Below, piece by piece: positions 15,401 through 27,400 of a stretch of DNA of 64,000 bases; within the stretch, counting starts at the first letter, position 1, and every line of letters begins with the position of its first letter. The notes beneath the pieces are model-generated. The model had not been told where the DNA came from. It worked only from the letters and a program-made list of their open reading frames with translations, and searched no databases. The position numbers and the translations under genes are program-made. The stretch covers positions 7,068,001 to 7,132,000 of the forward strand of contig NC_087436.1 in the NCBI RefSeq assembly GCF_036321535.1, written 5' to 3'. This stretch comes from Camelus dromedarius. Taxonomy: Eukaryota.

Positions 15401-18400
15401 GATGCTCTGAATTTTAAAGAAGTCATCTTGGAGGCAAAAGCAGTTGCATGGACATATGGGAAGTTGACTGTTCTCTCTGTTGCTTGATGTTTAGTATTAC
15501 TTCATTCTTTTATCGTTTTTCATATTTTTATTAACTATAAATTGTGAGGTCATATGCCCAGAAGAAAATCACCCTGTGACGTAAATTGCTTTTGACCTTC
15601 TGTAAGTGAGATCTTGGTTGAATTTTCATTTCATATCAGAGGGCCAAGCCCGTACAGTACTTCCATGGCTGTCCGAAAGGATAAGGCCTCACTAAAACAG
15701 TTACATATACAACTCACAGATTTTCAACTAGCTTCATCACGCCAGTTAAAATTATATTTTACCTATAAATTTCATGTTATATCTATAAAATTCTTCAAGC
15801 AAAAATAAATCTGCTAATAAAAATAGATAAATGTTGTCATCTAAAATGTATTTTTTTTTTGAGATACCAGTTCTGTATGGCCCTATCAGAAATTCAGTTT
15901 GGGATTTTTTTTTTCTTTCCTTTTTAGATGAGATTTCATTTTGCTGCAGGAGAAATACCAGAAATGTCTTTCTAGACATTAACCATTTCAAGTCAAACTT
16001 ACTCTAATTTCTTTAAGTCCTTAGTCAAGAAGATTAATTTCGGACCTTTCTCTTTAAAAAGCATGTTTTTAATCTATCTACCTACTTGTTTTAACTCAGG
16101 GGTATATTTCTTTTTTAGATAAATGAGAAAATGATATAATTATATTCTCTAAAACCAAGTATAAGAAAGAACACCTAAAATTATTTAGAGGCCTGAGAAA
16201 CAGTTTTGCTGCCCTATAAAAAGAAGAAAAAAATTTCGGGGGACAAGAAACTAAGGACCACATATTTCAAACATATATACACTTGTGGTCAGTGTTATGG
16301 ATGTGAGCTTGGGTTTTTTTTTAAGGCATTAAAAAAATTTAGCTATCCATAATTACTTAGTAGAAAAGCCTATGTTTTTTGAATTTTAATTTTTGATTCT
16401 AAACCCTTAATAGAAAAATTAGTGAGATTATACATCAACCAACTTAGTGGAAGAAACTTAATATCCTACTATGCCATTTCTTGAGTGTGAACCGCTGCTG
16501 CTACTTCTGTTTAAAAAAAAAGCTTTACTGATTTTGCAGAAAGTATAGAAAATATAGAAAAGCATCTTAAACAACAAAAGCCGCTTGTAGTTTGCATTGC
16601 TCAGAAATAATTATTAACATTTTGTTATATTCCAAGATTTTGATACGCATGTGTAATTTTTTTTTAAGTAGCAAGCATGTAGCTGTGAGACGTTGGGCAG
16701 CTGTTTCCTCACCTTACAGTGGGGGTAGTGGTGGTGCCTTCCTCACATGATGACGGGGAGGGTGAAGTGGGAAAGCGCTGTAAGGCTACCAGTGTGGTGT
16801 CATCACTGTCATTTCCATCATTATCACAGCATTTGGTTTTGCATCTTTAAAAAAATTAAGGAATATCATGAACATGGAACCAGAACTCTGACTGTCCTAG
16901 GAAAATACGATTTTTGATGGCTGTAGCATCATTTATCTTATCCACACTGTGACTTAACCATTCCCTGCTTTCATCTTTTCACTGTAAAGGAGAAAAAGAA
17001 ATGTGCAGCCTTTCTTTATTCCTAAATGGTTTCTTCGAATAAGAATAAATTATTCAAAACTCAGAGAAGACAATACTTTTTATTTACTTTCTATTCTTGT
17101 CTCCTCACTGGCCTCTGGTTAATTTATGTAATAAGTGATTTCTAAAATTCATTCTTAACTGTCTGTAAAACTACTAAGAAATATAATTAAATAGTTTGCC
17201 CTGAGCCCTGAAATTTTTTACATTTGGGGTTATGGAGGAGAAGTTGCTTAATGTGCATATTTTTGTTAACTTTCTTTTGAGAGGAAGAGTTAATCTTGAC
17301 ACTAGTTATAAGGAATAAGGATTTGAGTTTATCAATGTGTGGCTTGTTTTGTGGACCTTTTGAACAGACTTGATAAAATGATTTTTATCAGTATAATAGG
17401 CAAATTTACCATCTTCTACTGCATAGGTATCTTTGAATTTCAATGTCTTTTATTAAAACCATCTTTATTTTAAAACTGTTGTTTTCAAAATCTTTTCAAA
17501 TGTAAAAAACCCACTAAATGATCATTTTGTTTGTACCTGTGTCCTGAAGCCCACCCACGTCCCCCATTGTAAAGAAGGGGCCTGAGAAAGTACTCTCCTA
17601 ATTTTATCCTCTGATTTTTTTAATTGTTAGGATTTTTAATATAAACTACATATAAATATTCTAAAAATGAAACTTTTCTTGACCGAGGAAGAAATAGATG
17701 AAAAAGTAGAGAAGTCTGATTAAGGTTCATTACTGCCCTCATTTAGAAAGTATGGAAAAGACATGGAGAAATGTCAGCGTTAAATAATTAACACACTGAA
17801 TTATCAGTACCGCTCGGTCTCCTGCGAGCACTTTATCATTAACATGGGGCTTCTGTTCTGTTCCAGTTTGTCTGCATAGCCCAGCAAGATTACTGCCGCA
17901 TTCTCAACCAGGTAGAAAAGAATATGCAGAAAGTTGAAGAGGAAGGAGAAATTGTCATGGTCAAAGAACACCGGGAGCTTGACCGCACTGGGACGAGGAA
18001 GGGACACATCGTCATCAAGGTAGGACCCCGCGCCTCCCCCCACCAGGGGAGGGAGGGTTTGGTAGTATCGGTTATGGCAGTTCGAAATGGCTCCCCACCC
18101 CGTTTTTATGCGTAACTTCTCTTGAATGTTCTCAATTATAATAGACCTTTGTCTTTCCTGAGTGTTGCTCATTATTAGATGTATCACGACGCCGTTCATC
18201 TCACGTTGAAGATACGAAGTCATACGGAATAGATGCCGTTCGCACAGGGTGGTGACCAAAGCTTTGGTCTGTTACAGGGCACCTCAGAAAGACTGACGAT
18301 GCACTTGGTGGAAGAGCATTCGGTGGTGGACCCGACGTTCATAGAAGACTTCCTCCTGACCTACAGGACTTTCCTCTCCAGCCCAATGGAAGTGGGCAAA

Positions 18401-21400
18401 AAGTTACTGGAGTGGTTTAACGACCCGAGCCTCAGGGACAAGGTTGGAAGACGCCTTCTTGTTTTCTTTTAAATAGGAAACAGTCAGATATAAAGTTAAA
18501 GAGACGTAGTGTATATGTATTTTTCACACCAGTTATGTTCAGGTTATTCTAATAGAATAAGAGAATTGACTTCAAGCAAAAAAAAAAAAAAAGTAATGTA
18601 AGTTTTAATTCTTGTTCCAGATTTCTAAGCTCATCCCTAGAAATGTTTGTTTTTGTTTGTTTGTTTGTCGTATGCAAAGGCCAAGACATTGGCCAAAAAA
18701 TGTTGAACGTTTACTTCTGCTGCAAACTCTGTTACAACACAACCGCTGAACATCCCAACACCGAAGTTACGTGGGCCTCTGCATCTTTGGGTTCAGTAGA
18801 TGGCCCGGGCGCTCCAGGTGGGAGTTAGCGTTCAGTTGGCACCAGGGCAGTGCCCCAGCATCAGATACCGCGGGCCAGCGGGCCCCGGCAGTGCAGTTCT
18901 GCACAGGCCATCCTCAGCAGCTTGGGGGTCCAGCCCTTTTTCAAGGACAGAGTCTGTGCTTGTAAGGAGTTTGAGAGTTAATCCTTCCACACAGCAGACT
19001 TGGGAGATAGAGGCAGGGTAGGAATCCAGAACAGGAGGCTAGCCCCGCAGTCTTCGAGAAATTACGTATGTAGCAGAGCACTTCACATCCTGAGAGTTGT
19101 GGCACAGGGGAGCTTACCCAAGCCCTTTATGAAGCTGTAAAAGTGTTGCTGAGTCCAAGCTTGTTCTGCTGGCCACACGACAGGCCAGTAAGTCAGGACA
19201 CGGGCTGTGGGGCAAGGACTAACCATTTTATTTGGAAAGCCACTAGACTGAGAAGATGGGGCACACATGTCCTGGAGAACCATCTTCCCCAAGTCAGAAT
19301 TCAGGCTCCTTTTATAATAAAAGGGAAAGGGTGTGGTTGATTGTTGCAAACTTCTTGGTGTTGGAATCCTTTGTTCTTGCAGCTGTCCACGTGGGTCAGG
19401 TCATGGTGTCCCTGTAAACCTCCAACAAGACAAATGCTACTCTCTGTTCTGCAACTTTTTATCTCTATATGAATGGAAAAGTGTTAACCCTTAAAGGTCA
19501 GAGCCTTGAGGATGGGCTCTCCTGTCTATTTCAGGCTGTAGACAACATTCTTTTACAAAAGGTGCAGAACCAGCGTGACTGAGCCCAGGAAACAGAGCCC
19601 AGGGTTAGAGCCAAAGGAACAGGTCTAATGTGGAGTCAGATGTCTTCTTTTCTGTTACAAAAACTCAACTGAGTACTGCCTCCACCCTTTACCTCGTGGG
19701 ACCTCTGACCCTCCCGCACTCATCCCTTAACTTGTAAAATAAACAAGCAACATCCTTTCGAGGTCACCGTGAGGATAAGCAGCAGTAGCCGTGTTCTTTA
19801 TGTAGTGAGAGCACTGAACGCATCTTAAAGGTTGGCGGTGGTGGTACTTGCTGGTCTTCAATTTATGATTTGTGAATCTCTTTTTTCCAACCTGTAATAT
19901 GGCTTGAAGACTTTTAAGTTGGCTTCTCAGCTGCAAAATTTTCAATTTTACAAAAAGGTCAGTTGGTAAGAATATAGTTTGAGGGGAGCAGATCATCCAG
20001 GTTTCCTAAATTTTAAAAATGGGCAGTAGTGATAATAAATGACAAAAAAATTAATATAAATATCAAGACGACTCCTGAGTGGTTAGTCAGGTCCTACACT
20101 ATCATTGGTCACAGCATATTAACTGTAAATAGTCTTTCAACTGTAGCTTGAAAATTAACTGTCTACCCTCAGCTCTGTTTCTTTGCTGCTAGAACAGCAG
20201 GCTTAACTTTCCCTCTTTGTTGAAGAGGTTAATGTTTGAAAACAGTGCTATGGAAAATTTCCTCTGCCTTGGTTTTCAAAATTTAAAAAATTAAACTCAC
20301 ATGAAGTGAAACAGTTACTTTTATATTTAAAGTCGCAGTTATACTCACTTCATTTAGGAAAATTTTACTGAGAACTGACTCTCTGCCAGGTGTTGTTACG
20401 TATTCAGGATGCCCACAGAGCATAGCAGACAAAGTTGCCTTCGTGGAACTCAGTCTAATGAGCGTCACAGTTCTTGCTGGTACAAAGCAGGCACTCCACA
20501 GCTGTGAGTGTGTGTGTGTGTGTGTGTGTGTTGTATGAAGGTGTGGGGCTCAGTGAAAGTGTGAGTGCAGGGTAAGAAAAGGCTGCTCAGTTTTCCCCCA
20601 AATCTCAACGTGAGCAAATAACCAGAAACTCCCAATAATGCCTAACCTGCTGCTTCCTTTTATAGCTTGTTCCCTTGAGGATGATTCTAGGCTTAATACT
20701 GTTCATTCCTTTTGTCTGGTCTGCCCTCCTCCTTAAGTTTTTAGTTTCTGTCTTCTTTTGTCTTATATTAATTTATTTTGATTTTAGCATAGCTTTGTTT
20801 TTGTTGTGACCTGTTTCAAATATATTTTGAGAGTAAGCGAGATATAAGTTAATTACCATCCTTCACGGATTCAAAACCCTTCTTGGCAAAACAACATGAA
20901 GTCCGCATTCATAGTATTAATATATATTTTCAGAAGGCCATACTCTTTTTTTTTTTTAAATTTGGGGAGCGGGTAATTAGGTGTTTTTTTTTTTTTAATT
21001 TATTATAACGGAGGTACTGGGGATTGGACCCAGGACCTTGTGCATGCTAAGCAAACGTTCTACCACTGAGCTATACCCTCCCCCTACTTATGTTTAAAAT
21101 CCGAGGGTTTTGTTGTTAATTTTCTCTTTCATTGTTATTAGGTGAATGGTTTGTTGGATATCTTTTGAAATGACTTTAATCACAGATTCTTAGCACTGAA
21201 AAGAAGAAAACCTATTAAAAAATAATTGATTTTTCAGGTTACACGGGTAGTATTATTGTGGGTGAATAATCACTTCAATGACTTTGAAGGGGATCCTGCG
21301 ATGACTCGATTTCTAGAGGAATTTGAAAATAATCTGGAAAGAGAGGTAATACTTTTTACACTCTGTAAAGCCATCCCCTCTAAGTCTGTTTTATTCAGCC

Positions 21401-24400
21401 TACCTTTGAAACCGCTCCTTCCCGACTCTTGTAGAAAATGGGCGGCCATCTAAGGCTGTTAAACATCGCGTGTGCCGCCAAAGCCAAAAGAAGGCTGATG
21501 ACGCTGACCAAGCCGTCCCGAGAAGCCCCGCTGCCGTTCATCCTGCTGGGAGGCTCTGAGAAAGGCTTCGGAATCTTTGTTGACAGTGTGGATTCGAGCA
21601 GCAGGGCAACCGAAGCGGGCTTGAAACGAGGGGACCAGGTACGGTACTTCTAGAACCACACGTCCGGGCAAATGCTAGTGTCTACTTTTCCCTCAGTCAG
21701 TTGGGAAACTGAAATTAATTTTATACTTTTATTTCTAGATACTAGAAGTAAATGGTCAAAACTTTGAAAATATTCAGCTGTCAAAAGCCATGGAAATTCT
21801 TAGAAATAACACACACTTATCTATCACTGTGAAAACGAATTTATTTGGTAAGTATTTTGCATTTTTTGCATATTTTTATTTTTCTCCTACTTTGGTCTTT
21901 TTTTTTTTTTTTACATTTAGGTTTTTTGGAGCTTTTTTTAAGCTTTTTTCTTTTTTGAATTTCTTGTTTGTTTGTTTGGTTTTGGTTGGGGGGGAGGTAG
22001 ATTTATTTATTTATTATTATTTTTTAAAGGAGGAACTGGGGACTGAACCCAGGACCTCGTGCATACTAAGTACACGCACTACCACTGAGCTGTTTCCCTC
22101 CCCTACTTACATTTAGGTTTTAATTCTGAAAAAAACCATTTTTATAATTCAAACATCATAAGAACTGAAAACATAGTAAAATGCATAGATATAGAATTAA
22201 TTACACAAGTGTGTAATCAGATCTAAATGAAAATCTGCTTGAGGGCCCTAACATTATCCATATCGATGTTTTTACTGATACCTGTTTCAAATGCCTACAG
22301 ATTTAAAGAGTGCACTCCTTTATTGTAGCTCATTCTGGGCGGAAGTGACAGAGCTTTGGCGTCTTTCACTCATGGGGGTGGTGTTTTTCTACAGGATCAC
22401 AGTTCTGATTGCTGAAATCTATACTTCTCATCCATTTCCAAGTTTGCCGTTGCCTCTGAGTTGTCCAGATTTCTTATCACGGGCATTTTGCGGCGTTTGC
22501 TTCCTTTTCAGTATTTAAAGAACTTCTCACAAGATTGTCAGAAGAGAAGAGGAACGGCGCCCCTCACCTCCCTAAAATTGGAGACATCAAAAAGGCCAGC
22601 CGCTACTCCATCCCCGACCTCGCCGTGGATGTGGAGCAGGTGATAGGACTGGAGAAAGTGAATAAAAAAAGTAAAGCCAACACCGTCGGGGGAAGGAACA
22701 AGCTAAAAAAGATACTTGACAAGACCCGGATTAGCATCCTGCCCCAGAAACCGTATAAGTAAGTGTCTGTATCCATTCTCGTGCGCGGCGTTGCTGTGTC
22801 AGGAGGGTCTGCGGCAGCGGCCACGTGACCAGGGTTTGCACCCCGGTGCTGCGGTGGCTTTGTGACCAGGTTTGTGCCTGGGGCCACAGGGTGTTCTGTT
22901 TTGGTGGCTGAGCTCTCAGCAGCGGTGTTGAACAGTCCAGTTTGTTTCAGTCCCATTCTGGCCCCTTACTTGCCCATCTCAGTCTTCATCAGAGGTAGTT
23001 AGCACTTCCTCCCTTGAACTGTTCTTTTTCTCGCTTGGACTTCTGAAAAGTAAGAATGTGTTTGCTCCTGTCTTCCTGAAACTTGGCGGCATCTCTGCCC
23101 CTGTCTGTCCGTTCCTGGGTGTCCTCTCTCCCATCTCTGCCAGCCACCATCCCTGCCTCTAGGTGCTACTGTTCGCCCTCGCCGTTCTCTTTCTTCCCCT
23201 CTCCTGTCCTCAGTCATTTAACGATGGCCACGATGTCGGCAGCCGAGCCCAGAACTCCATTCCTCCCTGCGGTGGGCTCTGTGGCCTGAGTGTCACGTGT
23301 ATTCTCCAGTCCCTTCCTGGCTGTTCACGTGTGCTGGGAGCTCAGACCAGACCGAGCGGCAGGTGTCACGCTCTTTTAGCTTTGCTTCTTTGCACGCTCA
23401 TTTCTTCATTTTAGCTCCTTCTGTGTCCGTGGATGTTTTACAAAACTCAATTACCATCAGCCAAAATTTTTTTAAATATTGAATTACATGGGTACCCCGA
23501 ATTCATTTATTATCTATTCCTCAAGCTGCAGTGGTAAAAGAGATAACTTGAGAACACGAAGGTTGTTTTCTTTCTTGGATAATTTAGTGGATCTTATTCC
23601 ACTAAATTTTTTTTTCTTATTCCCCTTCAGATAAAATTTTCATCCAAAGATTAGAGAAATGGCCTAGAATATGCTGTTTGATGGGTTGATTGTCAAACTT
23701 GTGTTTTCCCCATTAAACTATAATGATTGGTGGTTTCATATGAGCTAGAAGATACAGCTACACAGAGTCCTGCGGATTCGCAGCGAGCATGGTGGTTTTA
23801 TTTATAGACCTGAGGGTGTGTTTATACCCAGTCAGTTTCTAAGAGACGGTGGATTAGGCCTGCTGGCATTACAGAAAACAGGCATCGATTTTTTTTAAAG
23901 TGACCTCTCTTGATGAAAAACTCATTTTTAAGTGGCTAAAATAATAAATCTCTTTAGTGTAGAGTTATTAGCACAGTAACAAAAAAAATCTTAGAGTCAT
24001 ACTTGATGAGCTAAATATGAACCTTTAAAAACATCTAACAGAAGTCAGCGTGACCCTGGCAAGTATTAATAGAAACGTGACATGTAAGAGCTGGGCTGTA
24101 ATCCATCCACGGTGCAGGGAGAACACTCTGTATGATTTTATTCTACGTGTATTTAGAAAGATACTCAAAAGCCAGAAAAGGGAAAAGAAAAAAGGATAAT
24201 AATGACATGTGTTGATTTTAAAGCACTGAGGAATCATCTTAAATAATTTGCCCTGAAGAACATGTAGGACTCATTTAAATATTTTATTATGAAAATGATT
24301 TTAAATAACCCATACATGCGATGGCAATGGAATTGAAGTGAAAAGAATGATTATATTTAAAAGAAGGCTCAGTAAACTGTAGGCTCTATTATATTGGTAT

Positions 24401-27400
24401 GAGAGACTTGATTTAATACTAGTCGCCACTTAAACTTTTCTCTCCTAGAAATTAGCATATGTTTACAATTTTTTGCGGGGGTGGGGGGCAAAGCTGCTTA
24501 ACTAGTCAAGTGGATAAATCCTCTAGAAATACTGGTTGTTTTCCTCTCAGTCACTCACCATTACAGAAGCCAAGGTGCCAGCAGGTTGGCAGAGGGAGGC
24601 ACGGTGGGGTGAGGTGAGTGGACGGGGGAGGCGGTGGGGCAGGCGGACTGTAGGACCCAGGTCTGGTTCTCCATGGAGCCAGATCACCGACCCCAGAGGA
24701 AAGAGGGCATAAGTCAACAGTCTATGCAGAAAGTTAACAAAGGTCAGGAAAACTTCAGTAGGCGTGAGGGAGTTAGAGAGGCCGAGCACTGAGAGGGTGT
24801 GCTTAGAGGTTTCAGTCTTTAGTACAACGTCCTATCCATCCAGGGGAGACACAGGTGAGGACGGAGTGCTCGAGCCCCTGTGGGGTGTTAAGAGGTGGGG
24901 GATGAGTCGTTGAAGAAGGCGGCCCCGTGGGCACGCCTGCAGGGGACTGGGCACGGTGCAGCATCAGCCCCGCGGGCTCTGCCATGGCCGGGTCCACAGA
25001 CGTTGTCTCACATCATACACGGCATCTAGTACTTTTGGCAGTAAAGACTGGTTTATATGGTTGAAAAATAAAATTCCACTAATACTGGGAAGCTTTTAAT
25101 GTTTCACAAAACATCCCTCCTTTCTGTCTTTATATGAATGGCTCTATGCACTTCAGTGGAAACTGAATTTTGTTGTGGGCTTACTTGTGTGTTTTGAAGA
25201 GCTTGCACTCAAATCATCTTTAGCCTTGTCCTTGCTTACTTGCCTCTATAATTTCCATTTCCCCCAAAAAACAAAGAGGAAGAATACTGCTGGACTTTTT
25301 TTTTTTTTGGACATCCATTAAAAATGACAGGTATTATGATCAGGCTGTAGTGTCTGACAGTCTAGTTGATTCTGAGTGTCTTCATTTTATTTGTGACACC
25401 TTGGTTTACATCCCAACCTTGGTGTGATTTTCTTTCTCCTTATTTCAAGGTGTTCGTAGAAAGTGGTTGGAACTATAACCACACGCTTGTGACCTAGTTA
25501 TTTTGTGTTTTGTGTGTACTTATTGTTTTATTCTGATGTTTTGTTTTGGAAACAGTTGGCCCTTCAAATCTAGAAACAATTTTTATGTATTATTAAATCA
25601 CGTTTCAAAGTTGTCCCCAGGCTTTTATAAATGGAAATAAATTTGTACCCAGCAGTAGTAAGCAGTATTTCTCTGGGACCTTAAATGTATAACTAGAAAT
25701 TTTGAGTAGAGAGTTAAAAGTGAGTCATCGGACTTCACTGCCTCTTCTCTGATGCCAAGAAATGTCACCACGCACCACTGCTTCTTTACGCTCTGTGTAA
25801 CTAAGAAATAATGTCTGTGTCAGGCCTTCTTTACATTTGACTCCACCGTGATCTCATTTATTTCTCAGAAACATTGGAAAATGAAATTGGGATTTTTTTT
25901 CCCTCTATTCATTTTACTCAGTTTCTTCAGTTCTTAAAGATAAAATTATAAAACAACTTATCATTCTGAGGCAGAAGTCATCATCTAAGGGACGAAATGC
26001 CTTTTTTAAAGTGTGCTTTTTCTTAAATTTATTTCCATGAGTAACTAGAACTTGTCTTTTCTTGAATGTATTTCTGTACTCAGAAACTACTAATATTTGT
26101 CCTGATTTGTCTAGTTAAGAAAGACATAGGTTTTAGAGAAACACAGTATGAACTTCAGGAACATCAGTGGAGTAGATACACTTAAGCAGTCATTGGTTTT
26201 GCAATTTACAACCAAATGTATTAATGACATTTTTATAGTAACTGTGAGTCATATGAAATACGGTTTATTTATTGTCGGTGCCTCCTGTATAGTGAGGAGT
26301 TGTAGCTTCTTCACTTGCTGATCGTTGGTTTCCTGACTTCCCTTTTTGTCCAGCGATATTGGGATCGGTCAGTCTCAGGATGACAGCATAGTGGGACTGA
26401 GGCAGACAAAGCACATCCCAGCCGCTCTGCCCGTCAGCGGGACCCTGTCGTCCAGTAACCCTGACCTGCTGCAGTCCCACCACCGCATCCTGGACTTCAG
26501 CACCACTCCAGGTGAGCGCGGCCCACGCTGCTTTTGTCTTCTTGTCTCGGTTTTCCCTAACATACCAGTGACGCTGTATGCATCTCCCTTGGTTTGGCAT
26601 GGACTACATGAGATGCAAAAAAGTCAGGATAAACTTAAATTTTAAACCATTGAAACTGGTGCTCTTTTATTCTTCGGGCTAATTTGACACGACCACGAGC
26701 AAGTTAATCTCTCTGACTTTGTGTCCACTTTCATAAAGGGAATTTAACCCGTACCAGGTAGGCATGGCGAGGTCACGTCAAATAAAGAGGTGGGGGCGTG
26801 TTAGGTCAACTTCATGGGCTCATCAGTATTGCCAAGGTGGACTTGAGATTTAACTGGATCATTTTTTGCTGCCAACGTGCCAACCTTAAGCGGGGCCATT
26901 GTGCTATGATCTGCTTGCCTAGGTCTGTGGCCGGTTCAGTTTTCTAGGGGGACCGTTGTATTCACACAGCAGATCACTGTGCTGACTGGCGGGCTCTGAA
27001 GAAGGGTTAAAGAAAGGAGAGAGGCAAGTTCAGCATTATCTTTTCGAAGGAGATGTTTTTCAGTTTGACTCCGCCTGACTGTATGAGCATGCGCTGCAGT
27101 CCTTTCCCCTGACGTGCGGCTTTTCTCCCCCCAGACCTGCCAGATCAAGTGCTGAGGGTGTTCAAGGCCGACCAGCAAAGCCGGTACCTCATGATCAGCA
27201 AGGACACCACGGCGAAGGAGGTGGTGGTGCAGGCCATCCGGGAGTTCGCAGTGACCGCCACCCCGGACCAGTACTCGCTCTGTGAGGTCTCCGTCACCCC
27301 CGAGGGGGTCATCAAGCAGCGCAGACTCCCAGACCAGCTCTCCAAACTTGCTGACAGAATACAGCTGAGTGGAAGGTACACACTCTCCCTCCTGCTGGAT

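Noticed and set aside
22993..23049. Cassette exon ending at the strong-looking donor AA|gtaaga (23050)
   Set aside because: The nearby AG acceptors give either an immediate stop (starts 22993, 22999) or a frameshifting 47-nt exon (start 23003); no further support.
23083..23289. Intronic ORF or alternative exon [20 protein letters not shown]
   Set aside because: The candidate donor gtgggc is phase-incompatible with the phase-2 intron, and the peptide is not recognisable.
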